Positions 9,447 through 21,597 of a DNA stretch of 64,000 nucleotides are shown here, in pieces. Position 1 is the stretch's first letter; each line of letters begins with the position of its first letter. The notes below the pieces were generated by a model. It saw only the letters and a list, made by a program, of their open reading frames with translations, had not been told where the DNA came from and ran no database searches. Made by a program: the position numbers and the translations under genes. This stretch comes from Actinomycetota bacterium (GTDB lineage Bacteria > Actinomycetota > Geothermincolia > Geothermincolales > RBG-13-55-18): positions 11,820 through 75,819 of the forward strand of contig QZKE01000066.1 in assembly GCA_003598015.1 (NCBI GenBank). Reading direction: 5' to 3'.

Positions 9447-10178
9447 ATGGGGGAATATCTCCGCCGCTTTTACCGGGAACACGTACAAGCTGCGGGCCTG
9501 GTCTCTTTCAACGTGGTGCTGGAAGAGAGCGATCTCTTCATTTTCGCCGTACGCGATCTTTCCGCCGCAGCCCGTTCATCCCTGGCTCGCCACCGCGGGG
9601 ACCTGGAGGAGTTCATATCCCGCCAGCCGCGTTTCGGGACTTCATTCGTGCCCTATACCGTTCCGGAGGCATCTCCGCCCCTGGTCACCCTCATGGCTGA
9701 AGCGTCCGCCAGGGTGGGGGTTGGACCCATGGCAGCCGTGGCCGGAGCCATTGCGGATATGGTGGGGGAGGACCTGGCGTCCCTGTCAACGGAGGTCATC
9801 GTGGAGAACGGCGGGGACATCCACATCCGTTCCGGGCGGGAGAGGCGCGTGGGAGTATTCGCCGGGGGTTCCCCTTTCAGCGGGCGCCTGGCCTTACGCA
9901 TACCCCCCACATCTGCGCAGGGGTTGGGGGTATGTACATCTTCCGCCACGGTGGGTCCCTCCTACAGCGCCGGCGGGGCCGATTCGGCCCTGGTGGTGGC
10001 GGAGAGCGCCGCGCTGGCAGATGCCGCCGCCAGCGCTCTGGGCAACCGGGCCAAGACCCCGGGATACATCGAGGAAGCGGTAAACGGCGTGGCGGCCATC
10101 GAGGGCGTCATAGGCTGCCTGGTGGTCATGGGCGAGGACCTCGGCGTGCGGGGCGACCTGCAGCTGGAAGGGGTATGA
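9447..10178 (+). CDS. UPF0280 family ApbE-like protein
   Basis: VGPMAAVAGAIA, VIVENGGDI, GVCTSSATVGPS, ADAAASALGN motifs. Confidence 0.88.
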   Translation: MGEYLRRFYREHVQAAGLVSFNVVLEESDLFIFAVRDLSAAARSSLARHRGDLEEFISRQPRFGTSFVPYTVPEASPPLVTLMAEASARVGVGPMAAVAGAIADMVGEDLASLSTEVIVENGGDIHIRSGRERRVGVFAGGSPFSGRLALRIPPTSAQGLGVCTSSATVGPSYSAGGADSALVVAESAALADAAASALGNRAKTPGYIEEAVNGVAAIEGVIGCLVVMGEDLGVRGDLQLEGV

Positions 10179-10182
10179 CCCC

Positions 10183-10566
10183 CTAGAAGAAGGAAGCCAC
10201 CGTCTCCAGCAACTCGTCGGGATCGGCCGGTTTCTCGAGGTAAGCCGCGTAGTCCATCTGCTTGCCGGTCTCCAGTTCGTAGCGCCGTCTGCTTACTTCC
10301 TCCCGCACCGATGTCAGGACGATCAGGGGCGTACCGGCCCAACGCTCGAAGCGCGGCTCGTGCAGGGTGTTGATCACGGCGAAGCCGTCCACGCGGGGCA
10401 TGAGCAGGTCCAGGATGACCAGGTCGGGGCTTTCCGCCTCGATCTTCTCCAGTGCTTCCCCCCCGTCTTTTGCGGTTATGATCTCGTATCCTTCGTCCTC
10501 GAGAAGCATCGAGACTACCTCCACGACATCGGGATCATCATCGGCAAGCAGTATTCTCTTGTTCAT
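10183..10566 (-). CDS. Single-domain response regulator (receiver)
   Basis: ILLADDD...ILDLLMPRVDG...LTS...LEKP. Confidence 0.9.
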   Translation of the reverse strand: MNKRILLADDDPDVVEVVSMLLEDEGYEIITAKDGGEALEKIEAESPDLVILDLLMPRVDGFAVINTLHEPRFERWAGTPLIVLTSVREEVSRRRYELETGKQMDYAAYLEKPADPDELLETVASFF

Positions 10567-10587
10567 CGTTTACCTCCAGCTATTCCT

Positions 10588-11943
10588 TCAGGCCGTCCCC
10601 GTGATATTATCGACTCCCGGCGTACCCGTACCCGCACCTTCCTCGAGCATGTAACGATCCTCCACGCGGCAAGTCACGCCTATGGGTATGGAAAAGGAAA
10701 CCAGGGTACCGGTGCCGGTCTCCGGCACCGGGCTTGTTACCTCTATGGTGCCGTGGTGCATATCGATTATGCGTTTGCATATCGATAATCCCAGCCCCGT
10801 GCCCTCCAGAGATTCCGGGTCGCCCTTGAAGAACTCCTCGAAGACATGGGGCAGATGCCCGGGATCTATCCCCGTCCCGCTGTCCTCGATGTCCACCGTT
10901 ACGGCATCGTTCTCGCGCCGCGCACGGATGGTTATGCGGCCGCCACGTGGTGTATGGCGCACTGAATTGGAGACCAGGTTGAGGATGAGCTGCTGCAGAC
11001 GTATATCCGAGGCGAACACCTCGGGAAGGGGACGGTGTATCTCCGTGGCCACCGTAATGCCCTGGAGCGACGCAAGCTCGTGGGCCATCTCCACCGCGGC
11101 TCCCAGCACTTCCTCCCAAGCGATGGTTTTGAACTCCGTGACGATCTGCCCGCTCTCCAGGCGAGAGAGCTCCAGGAGGTCGCTGATAAGCTCCATCATC
11201 CCGTCCATGCGCTCGATACTGCGGTGTATGCCTTTGACCATGCGTTCATCGAGGCAATCCGTGCTCTTGCGCAATAGAAGCTTGAGGTAGCCCTGCACCG
11301 CCACCAGGGGTGACTTGAGGTCATGGGTAACCATGGAGAGGAAGCTGAGAAAATGGCGGCGTTCGTCTCTGATGCGGGCCAGGTCGCGTCGGGCCTGCTC
11401 GGCGTCCCTCTCCAGGCGTTCCTGGTTCTCCGCGCTGCGCAGGATGCTTCCGCCGAGCTCGGCGATGGATTCCAGGAACTCGAGGTCTTCCCGGTCGAAG
11501 CTCATGCTCTGCGCAAAGAAGAGGCGCATGATGCCCTGCACCTGCTGCTTGTCGCGGAAGGGAAGGAAAACGATGGAAGCAATGCCCTCGCGCTCCAGCA
11601 CCTCTTTGTGGGTTATGCGGGGGTCGCCGGCCACGTCCCATACGAAGAGGGGATTGCCCTTGAGCACCTGCTTCAGTGCGTCGTCGGCCAGGATCTGGCC
11701 TCCGCGCAGCAGGTCCTGGTCGATGCCGCAGCTCACACGCGGAATCATGCGTTTGCCATCTTCCCCGATGGTGAGCAGGGAGCAGCCTTTTGCCTCCGTG
11801 CCCCGGGCTGTCGCCTCTACCAGGGCGCGGATGATGTTATCCGCCCCACCCGCAGCGATCACGGAAAGGGCTATCTCGCGAATGATCTTATGTCGCAATT
11901 GCCCACCGTACCTAGGGTATGAAGATCGGCTCCCCCGTCGCAA
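10588..11943 (-). CDS. GAF-domain sensor histidine kinase
   Basis: N-terminal GAF-like region; H-box THDLKSPL; N-box NLVSNSV; G-boxes DSGTGI and GTGLGLSI; start uncertain. Confidence 0.88.
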   Translation of the reverse strand: MRRGSRSSYPRYGGQLRHKIIREIALSVIAAGGADNIIRALVEATARGTEAKGCSLLTIGEDGKRMIPRVSCGIDQDLLRGGQILADDALKQVLKGNPLFVWDVAGDPRITHKEVLEREGIASIVFLPFRDKQQVQGIMRLFFAQSMSFDREDLEFLESIAELGGSILRSAENQERLERDAEQARRDLARIRDERRHFLSFLSMVTHDLKSPLVAVQGYLKLLLRKSTDCLDERMVKGIHRSIERMDGMMELISDLLELSRLESGQIVTEFKTIAWEEVLGAAVEMAHELASLQGITVATEIHRPLPEVFASDIRLQQLILNLVSNSVRHTPRGGRITIRARRENDAVTVDIEDSGTGIDPGHLPHVFEEFFKGDPESLEGTGLGLSICKRIIDMHHGTIEVTSPVPETGTGTLVSFSIPIGVTCRVEDRYMLEEGAGTGTPGVDNITGTA

Positions 11944-11980
11944 GGATTTGAATAATAGGTTCTTCTTCGAGAAGTATGGG

Positions 11981-12129
11981 CGTCAGGCATAGGGGTCGGC
12001 CCTGGACTTATGCCTGAGCAATATGCCCAGTATATATACATGGGGATTTGAGTGACACCTTATTATCTTTCCTCCTGCTCCTCCCGGCTGTTTCAGGCAT
12101 AAGTCCAGGGCCGACCCCTATGCCTGACG
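11981..12129. repeat. Perfect 37-bp inverted repeat (11981-12017 and 12093-12129) around a 75-bp spacer
   Basis: cgtcaggcataggggtcggccctggacttatgcctga and its exact reverse complement. Confidence 0.95.
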
Positions 12130-12209
12130 ATGTCTCCCACTATACTCTACCCACACTTCTCGGAGAAGAACTGAATAATATTATACATACCCGCATGGCG
12201 TGCGTATAA

Positions 12210-14608
<2,399 letters not shown>

Positions 14609-14628
14609 GAAGCAAGGGGGACAACGCT

Positions 14629-15306
14629 TTGAGCGCCTATGTTCTCTCGGCGACAGCCCTGGTCCTGACAGGCATCATGGCGTGGCTGTGGGAGAGCGGA
14701 GAGACGCGGAGTGAGCCCGCGCGCCTCCTCCTGGCTTGGCTCTGCCTGAGCGCCATTACCGCGCTCATAGCCGCGGCGGGGATATGGATCAAAGACCCCA
14801 CCATAAGTCTTTCCTTCACCGCGGCCGCCCGCTTGTGCTCCATGATCATCGTCTTCCTGCTGTTCATGTTCGCGCGTTCCTTCAGCAGCCCGGCGGATTT
14901 TACCCTCATCTTCTGGTCCATTCCCCTGCAGTTCGGCATGGCCGCGATCATCCTCAATTGGGGGAACATGTTCAAGCTCAGCGGGGATATGTGGGTAATG
15001 GATATGGGTAGTTCATTTGCCTTGGCCACCGTTTTCGTGAACTGGTTTTATGCCGTACTGGCCTTGACGTACGCGGCAGTGCTCTATATAACTCTGCGCC
15101 GGGAGGGCAGGGATAAGGAGAAAAAACGGACGATGATCATGATCGCAGCATTCCTCGTACTGCTCGTAGCGAGCGGGGTCAGAGGATCTCTGAGCGGCGC
15201 GGTCGGTTTCGCTATTACCCTGGGGTATCTGGGCCACCTTGCGGGAGTGTTGCTGCTGGTCTGGGCTTTTCACGGACCCATACTGCTCAAACCGGCGGAG
15301 AGATGA
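14629..15306 (+). CDS. Polytopic (~7 TM) membrane protein, possibly a stand-alone 7TM sensor-like domain
   Basis: About seven hydrophobic segments; TTG 14629 after AAGGGGG; no cytoplasmic output domain. Confidence 0.65.
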   Translation: MSAYVLSATALVLTGIMAWLWESGETRSEPARLLLAWLCLSAITALIAAAGIWIKDPTISLSFTAAARLCSMIIVFLLFMFARSFSSPADFTLIFWSIPLQFGMAAIILNWGNMFKLSGDMWVMDMGSSFALATVFVNWFYAVLALTYAAVLYITLRREGRDKEKKRTMIMIAAFLVLLVASGVRGSLSGAVGFAITLGYLGHLAGVLLLVWAFHGPILLKPAER

Positions 15307-15319
15307 GAGGTGTATTGGA

Positions 15320-16795
15320 TTGGAAGCACTGTACGCAATGAAAGCATGGGAATTGCAGGATATGATCGACCGCGGCGAGGTGAGCGTATCGGAGGTGCTG
15401 GACGCGGTGCTCGCCCGCCTCGAGCAGGTCGAGAACGAGGTGCATTCCTATATTACGCTGACCCTGGATGCCGCGCGCGCGGCAGCGGCCGAGGCGGACC
15501 GGGCGAGGGATGGCGGAAAGAGCCCGGGCGCGGCGGCAGGCATCCCCATGGCCATCAAGGACGTCTTGTGCACGCGGGGAATACGCACCACTTGCGGTTC
15601 GCGCATCCTCGAGGAATACATACCCGTTTACGATGCCACCGTACTGGAGAGACTGCGCCACGCGGGCCTGGTGTTGGTGGGGAAGGCCAACATGGACGAG
15701 TTCGCCATGGGGTCGTCCACCGAGAACTCGGCCTACGGCCCCACCCGCAACCCCTGGGACCTGGAGCGTGTCCCCGGCGGATCGAGCGGAGGTTCGGCCG
15801 CGGCGGTCGCCGCGGGGGAAGCGATCTGGGCCTTGGGCTCCGACACGGGAGGCTCCATACGCCAGCCCGCTTCCTTCTGCGGCCTTGTGGGCATGAAACC
15901 GACCTACGGGCTGGTCTCCCGTTACGGGCTGGTCGCCTTCGCTTCTTCCCTGGACCAGGTAGGTCCCATAGCACGAGACGTGCGGGACTGTGCCCTCCTG
16001 TTATCCCTCATCGCCGGGCACGATCGCCGCGATTCCACCTCCTTACGGCTCGAGCCGCCCGATTATCTCTCGGCCATGCAGGGGGATATCCGGGGCCTCA
16101 GGGTGGGGATGCCACGCGAGCTCATGCAGGAGGGCTTGACGCCGGGTGTGAGGAAGGCGATGGAAGACTGCCTCCAGAAATTCGAGCAACTGGGTGCGGA
16201 GGTGGACGAGGCCACGCTGCCCAATCTCGATTATGCGCTCTCCGCCTATTACATCATCGCCCCCGCCGAAGCAAGTTCCAACCTGGCCCGCTTCGACGGA
16301 GTACGCTACGGCCTGCGGGTGGAAGGCGCCGAAGACATGATGGAGATGTACGGCAGGACACGTGCCGCTGGCTTCGGGCCGGAGGTCAAGCGGCGCATTA
16401 TGTTGGGAACCTACGCTCTTTCAGCGGGATACTATGAAGCCTATTACGGCCAGGCCCAGAAGGTAAGGACTCTCATCATTCGGGATTTCGATGCCGCTTA
16501 CGAGAAATACGATATATTGGTGAGCCCGACCACCCCGACACCTGCATTCGCGCTGGGGGAGAAGGTGGAGGACCCTCTGGCCATGTACCTCTCGGATGTG
16601 TGCACTATTCCGGTGAACCTGGCGGGCATTCCGGCTATCAGCATACCCTGCGGCCTGGAGGACGGGCTTCCGGTGGGCCTGCAGATCATGGGCAAGGTAC
16701 TGGACGAAACTACCGTCCTGCGCGCGGCAAGGGTCATGGAGGAAGCCCTCGCCTTCCGTGAGAAGCCCGGTTCCGGGAAGGGGGTGGGAGCATGA
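15320..16795 (+). CDS. gatA: Asp/Glu-tRNA amidotransferase subunit A
   Basis: Amidase signature [10 protein letters not shown]...[11 protein letters not shown]; SSNLARFDG; TTG start inferred. Confidence 0.96.
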   Translation: MEALYAMKAWELQDMIDRGEVSVSEVLDAVLARLEQVENEVHSYITLTLDAARAAAAEADRARDGGKSPGAAAGIPMAIKDVLCTRGIRTTCGSRILEEYIPVYDATVLERLRHAGLVLVGKANMDEFAMGSSTENSAYGPTRNPWDLERVPGGSSGGSAAAVAAGEAIWALGSDTGGSIRQPASFCGLVGMKPTYGLVSRYGLVAFASSLDQVGPIARDVRDCALLLSLIAGHDRRDSTSLRLEPPDYLSAMQGDIRGLRVGMPRELMQEGLTPGVRKAMEDCLQKFEQLGAEVDEATLPNLDYALSAYYIIAPAEASSNLARFDGVRYGLRVEGAEDMMEMYGRTRAAGFGPEVKRRIMLGTYALSAGYYEAYYGQAQKVRTLIIRDFDAAYEKYDILVSPTTPTPAFALGEKVEDPLAMYLSDVCTIPVNLAGIPAISIPCGLEDGLPVGLQIMGKVLDETTVLRAARVMEEALAFREKPGSGKGVGA

Positions 16796-18249
16796 GCGGG
16801 TTAGAGGTAGTAATCGGCCTGGAGATACATGCCGAGCTCAAGACCCTCTCCAAGATGTTCTGCTCCTGTGACGCTTCCTTTGGAGGAGAACCGAACTCTC
16901 GAACCTGCCCGGTATGCCTGGGGCTCCCCGGAGTCCTGCCGGTGCTCAACCGCAAGGCGGTGGAACTGGCGACGCGTCTGGCGCTGGCTCTGCATTGCGA
17001 TATAGCTCCTTACAGTATCTTCCACCGCAAAAACTATTTCTATCCCGATATGCCCAAGAATTTTCAGATATCCCAGTATGACCTGCCGCTGGGGATCGGA
17101 GGCTACCTGGACCTGGAGATGGAAGAGGGAAGGGTGCGTGTAGGCATTACACGCGTACACCTGGAGGAGGATACCGGCAAGACCGTGCACGCCAGCGAGA
17201 GCGGGAGGATACACGATTCGGAGTACAGCCTGGAGGACTTCAACCGCGCCGGTGTGCCCCTGCTGGAGATAGTGACGGAACCCGATATCCGCACGCCTAT
17301 ACAGGCACGTATGTTTATGCAGGAACTGAAGAGCATCATGGAGCACCTGGAGGTGTCGGACTGCAAGATGGAGGAAGGCAGCCTGCGCTGCGACGCGAAC
17401 GTATCCCTGCGTCCGCAGGGTTCTCCGCAGCTCGGAGTGAAGGCCGAAGTTAAAAACATGAACTCGTTTCGGGCCCTCTACCGCGCCCTGGATTACGAGA
17501 TAATGCGGCAAGGGGATTTGCTGGCCTCGGGAGGAGAGGTGGTACAGGAAACACGGCACTGGGACGCGGACTCGGGCGTGACCACGCCGCTGCGTACAAA
17601 GGAGTACGCCTACGACTACCGTTATTTCCCCGAACCGGACCTGGTGCCGCTGCAGCTGGACCTCTCTTTCATCGACGGGGTTCGGGCTGGCCTCCCAGAG
17701 CTCCCGTCGCAGAGGAGGAGCCGCTTGCAGGAGGATTTAGGCCTGCCGGAACACGATGCCGGGCTTCTCACTTCCTCAAAGGCCCTCGCCGACTTCTTCG
17801 AGGCCGCGGTGGATGCCGGAGCGGAGCCCAAGGCGGCCAGCAACTGGATGATGGGGGAACTTTCCGCACACCTCAACGCTCATAATATCGAGATCTCAGA
17901 GGTGCCTATAACGCCCGCTCAACTCGCAGCCATGATCGCACTGATCGATAAGGGGGTTATCAGCGGCAAGATCGCCAAATCCGTCTTCGAGGCTATGCTG
18001 GCAAGCGGCAATGATGCGGAGACCATCGTAAAGGAAAAGGGCATCACCCAGATAAGCGACGAGGAAGAGCTGGTCAGGCATATAGAGGAGGCGATAAGGG
18101 AAAACCCAGCCAGTGTCGAAGATTACCGCAAAGGCAAGGAGAAGGCCCTGGGATTCCTGGTCGGGCAGGTGATGCGCAAGACCAAAGGTCGGGCTAACCC
18201 GCAGCTCGTGAACGAGCTGCTGCGGCGCAGCCTGGAAGGCGAGGGATGA
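16792..18249 (+). CDS. gatB: Asp/Glu-tRNA amidotransferase subunit B
   Basis: [35 protein letters not shown]. Confidence 0.97.
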   Translation: MSGLEVVIGLEIHAELKTLSKMFCSCDASFGGEPNSRTCPVCLGLPGVLPVLNRKAVELATRLALALHCDIAPYSIFHRKNYFYPDMPKNFQISQYDLPLGIGGYLDLEMEEGRVRVGITRVHLEEDTGKTVHASESGRIHDSEYSLEDFNRAGVPLLEIVTEPDIRTPIQARMFMQELKSIMEHLEVSDCKMEEGSLRCDANVSLRPQGSPQLGVKAEVKNMNSFRALYRALDYEIMRQGDLLASGGEVVQETRHWDADSGVTTPLRTKEYAYDYRYFPEPDLVPLQLDLSFIDGVRAGLPELPSQRRSRLQEDLGLPEHDAGLLTSSKALADFFEAAVDAGAEPKAASNWMMGELSAHLNAHNIEISEVPITPAQLAAMIALIDKGVISGKIAKSVFEAMLASGNDAETIVKEKGITQISDEEELVRHIEEAIRENPASVEDYRKGKEKALGFLVGQVMRKTKGRANPQLVNELLRRSLEGEG

Positions 18250-18281
18250 GAGCCCGATAACGGAATGACTGGAGGTAGAAT

Positions 18282-19277
18282 ATGGTAGACGAAGTCCAGA
18301 AGACGTGTCCTGGTTGCGGCACGCCTTTAAAGGAGGGAGCATCGTTCTGCACCAATTGCGGCGCCGCACTGACGGGACCGGAGGCGGCTGCAGCCGCGGC
18401 CGCTGCGCCCCCGCCGACGGCGGAAGGACCTCCTCCGGTGCCACCGGCTGCAGCCGGAGCGCCGCCCGTGCCCCCTGTACCTCAAGCGCCGGTGCCACCG
18501 GCGGTGGGAGAAGGTGCCCCCGAGGCACCCATGCCCGGAATAGCCCCGATGGTGCCGCCCAAACGCAGCAAGGCGCCACTGGTAGTGGGCGTCATCGGCG
18601 GTATCCTGGTCGTGGCGGGCATCGTGGTGCTGGTGCTGTGGCTCGCCGTATGGAAGGACGGTGGTGGGGGAGGCGCCGGTGACCCCATAGACCTGGCGGA
18701 GCAATACATCAACGCCATGGAGAAGGGGGATGCAGACGCCTATTTCGCATGCTTTGAGCCCGAGTTCTTCTCCATGGAGGACAATCCCCTCATGGAGGAG
18801 ATGGGCATGGATGTCAAGGAACTGATCGAGATGACCTTCGACATCGCCGAGATAAAGTTCGACGACTACGCCCTGGAGCTGGAATCCGAGCAGGGGAACA
18901 AGGCCACGGTAGTGACCACCTCCGGGAACCTGTCCATCTCGAGCATGGGTTTCGAGCAGGAATACGACCTGGCGGAAGAGCCCATGGTCTTCGAGATGAT
19001 CAAGAAGAACGGCAGGTGGTACCTGAGCGATGACCCCATGCCGGGTTCCATGGGAGGCGATATGGATCTCGAGGACCTCAACATAGAGGACCTCGACCTG
19101 GAGGACCTGGACCAACTCATACCCGAGGATCTCAACATGGAGGACTTCGAGAATATGTTTCCCGAGGACCTCAACCTGGAGGACCTGGAGAATATGAGCG
19201 AGGAGGACATCAACCAGCTCCTCGAGGAACTGGAGAAGTTGATGGAGGATATGCCCACCGAGGGGAATAGCACCTGA
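18282..19277 (+). CDS. Zinc-ribbon / Pro-rich / single-TM protein with external domain and acidic repeat tail
   Basis: CPGCG...FCTNCG zinc ribbon, Pro/Ala linker, TM segment, KKNGRWY, (E)DL(N/D)xEDL repeats. Confidence 0.8.
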   Translation: MVDEVQKTCPGCGTPLKEGASFCTNCGAALTGPEAAAAAAAAPPPTAEGPPPVPPAAAGAPPVPPVPQAPVPPAVGEGAPEAPMPGIAPMVPPKRSKAPLVVGVIGGILVVAGIVVLVLWLAVWKDGGGGGAGDPIDLAEQYINAMEKGDADAYFACFEPEFFSMEDNPLMEEMGMDVKELIEMTFDIAEIKFDDYALELESEQGNKATVVTTSGNLSISSMGFEQEYDLAEEPMVFEMIKKNGRWYLSDDPMPGSMGGDMDLEDLNIEDLDLEDLDQLIPEDLNMEDFENMFPEDLNLEDLENMSEEDINQLLEELEKLMEDMPTEGNST

Positions 19278-19319
19278 TAGCTGTGGGCAGCTCCGGGTGA
19301 GTATCTAGTAGAGGACGGG

Positions 19320-19348
19320 AAAGGCGGAGGCGAGAACCTCCGCCTTTT
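19320..19348. terminator. Probable bidirectional intrinsic terminator
   Basis: aaaggcggagg-cgagaa-cctccgcctttt between convergent genes. Confidence 0.8.
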
Positions 19349-19368
19349 CGTGCTTTGCTCTTTACGTC

Positions 19369-19758
19369 TCAGGCCTCGGCTACCAGCTTCTCGTAGGCGG
19401 CGGCGTCCATGAGATCGTCCGCTCCCGAGGGGTCTCCGAGCTCCACCTTGACCATCCACCCCGCTTCGTAGCAGTCCTCGTTGATGATCTCCGGCGCCTC
19501 GACGACTTCCTGGTTGGTCTCGACGATGGTGCCGTTGACCGGGCTGTATACGTCGGAGACGGACTTCACGGATTCGATCTCCGCATAGGGCTTGCCGGTT
19601 GCGACTTCCGTTCCCGTAGCCGGGAGTTCGAGGAAGACGATCTCTCCAAGCTGGTCCTGGGCGTAATAGGTTATTCCCAGGGTGGCGATGTTGCCATCGA
19701 TCCGGGCCCAGCAGTGCTCTTCATGATACTTGAGGTCATCAGGGTACATGTGCTTCAC
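19369..19758 (-). CDS. gcvH: Glycine cleavage system H protein
   Basis: GITYYAQDQLGEIVF and ESVKSVSD lipoyl-Lys motif. Confidence 0.95.
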   Translation of the reverse strand: MKHMYPDDLKYHEEHCWARIDGNIATLGITYYAQDQLGEIVFLELPATGTEVATGKPYAEIESVKSVSDVYSPVNGTIVETNQEVVEAPEIINEDCYEAGWMVKVELGDPSGADDLMDAAAYEKLVAEA

Positions 19759-19822
19759 CTCCAGGTAGCTCGAACACGACTATGACATAATATCGCAACC
19801 GCCAGCGGTGTGCTATACCGCT

Positions 19823-21232
19823 CTATTTTCGCGCCGGGGCCGCATGGATGGCACGGTCATGTGCAGCTTCAGCCGCTTCCATCACGGCCTCCGCAAGGCT
19901 GGGATGGGCGTGTACGGTCCTCCCGAGCTGGCTGGCGGTTATGCCCATCTGTATGGCCAGGGCGAGCTCGTGGATGAGGTCGGATGCATGAGCACTCATG
20001 ATCTGGCAACCGATGATCTTATCCGATCCGGCATCCGTAACCAGTTGGATGAAGCCCTGCCCCTTGCCCATGGCCAGAGCCTTGCCCAGGCCGCCGAACA
20101 TGAAACGCCCGATGCGGGTCTCTATGCCCCGCTCCTCCGCCTTGGAGGGGGTAAGGCCTACGCTGGCTATCTCGGGCTCGGTGAAAATGCAGGCGGGTAC
20201 CACGTTATAATTCATCACCGTATCCATACCCATGGCGTTCTCCGCGGCGCACACACCCTCGAACGAGGCGACGTGGGCCAGAAGGATACCGCCGACGACA
20301 TCGCCGATGGCGTATACGCCGGGTACACTGGTCTCCATGTGTTCGTTGACCAGGATCTCCCCGCGCTGACCCACCTCGACCCCCACTCCCTCCAGTCCCA
20401 GGCCCGCGGAGTTGAGCGACCTGCCTATGGAGACCAGGAGCTTGTCGGCCTCGAGGACATCGCCGGTGGAGAGCCTTGCCTTAACACCGTCCGCCCGGTA
20501 TTCAACCATCTCCTCGATGGTGGTCTCGGTGAGGATCTCGATACCCTTCTTGCTCAAGATCCTCTTCATCTGTTGGGAGACGCGATCATCCTCGGTGGGG
20601 AGAATGCGCGGCATGAGCTCTACCATGGTGACCTTGGTGCCCAGGGCGTTGTAGATGGTGGCGAATTCAGAGCCCACCACGCCGCTGCCCACGATGATCA
20701 TGGCCTTGGGTATCTCGGTGAGTTCCAGGCCCTCGGTGGAGGTAAGGATAGCCGGCTGAGCGAAGTCGAAGGTGGGCAGGCGTGCCGGCTCCGAGCCCGT
20801 GGCCAGGATCACCTTCTCGGTTTCGATGAACTTCTCGCCCTCTTCCGTCTCCACCTTCACCTGGCCGGGCGAAGCGAGGCTGGCCGTTCCCTGTACGAAA
20901 TCGACCTTATTGGCCTTGAGGAGCTGCGCGATACCGTTGCGCAGCTGCGCGCTTATCTTCTCCTTGCGCTCCACCATGGCCTTGAGGTCGGGAACCGGGT
21001 CCGAGACTTTGATGCCGTATTCCTCGGCATCTTTGATGGTCTCCAGCGCTTCCGCGCAAGCGAGCAGGGCTTTGGTTGGTATGCAGCCCCAGTTGAGGCA
21101 GGTACCGCCCAGCAGGTTCTTCTCGACCAGCACAACCTCGCCGCCCAGCTGGGCCGCCCTGATGGCTGCCACGTAGCCTCCCGGTCCGGCTCCTACGACG
21201 ACCAGCTTGGCTTTCTGCGTTTCTGCTGCCAT
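19823..21232 (-). CDS. lpdA: Dihydrolipoyl dehydrogenase
   Basis: GAGPGGYVAA, GGTCLNWGCIPTK, HAHPSLAE. Confidence 0.95.
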   Translation of the reverse strand: MAAETQKAKLVVVGAGPGGYVAAIRAAQLGGEVVLVEKNLLGGTCLNWGCIPTKALLACAEALETIKDAEEYGIKVSDPVPDLKAMVERKEKISAQLRNGIAQLLKANKVDFVQGTASLASPGQVKVETEEGEKFIETEKVILATGSEPARLPTFDFAQPAILTSTEGLELTEIPKAMIIVGSGVVGSEFATIYNALGTKVTMVELMPRILPTEDDRVSQQMKRILSKKGIEILTETTIEEMVEYRADGVKARLSTGDVLEADKLLVSIGRSLNSAGLGLEGVGVEVGQRGEILVNEHMETSVPGVYAIGDVVGGILLAHVASFEGVCAAENAMGMDTVMNYNVVPACIFTEPEIASVGLTPSKAEERGIETRIGRFMFGGLGKALAMGKGQGFIQLVTDAGSDKIIGCQIMSAHASDLIHELALAIQMGITASQLGRTVHAHPSLAEAVMEAAEAAHDRAIHAAPARK

Positions 21233-21597
21233 GTCTCCTCCTTCGGACTATTCTGCGATTCCGCGGGTTTACATCGATGGCCTGTGGGCATACTTGGCGT
21301 GATCCCGTGCCCAGGATATTTTATCATCATCCGAGCACACGGGGTTCTTTTTCCTGCATGGTTGCGCAGATAACCGGTTATCCCCTGGCTATGTTCCCGG
21401 TCAAGGCGCCTGGTCTGTTTTTTACTTCAGATTCAAGCCTTCAGACTCAAGGCTGGGGGGGTTTTGCGAAAACTCATTTTGTGGTGAATAATGATAGCCG
21501 TGAATCGCTGAGCGCATATGCCGCAAGACGATGAATAGACTCTTCCAGCAGCACCGATATATATACGCAAGAGACATGATGAGGAGAGGACCGGGCC

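Noticed and set aside
19369-21232. Complete glycine cleavage operon
   Set aside because: Only gcvH and lpdA are present; gcvT and gcvP are not in the window.
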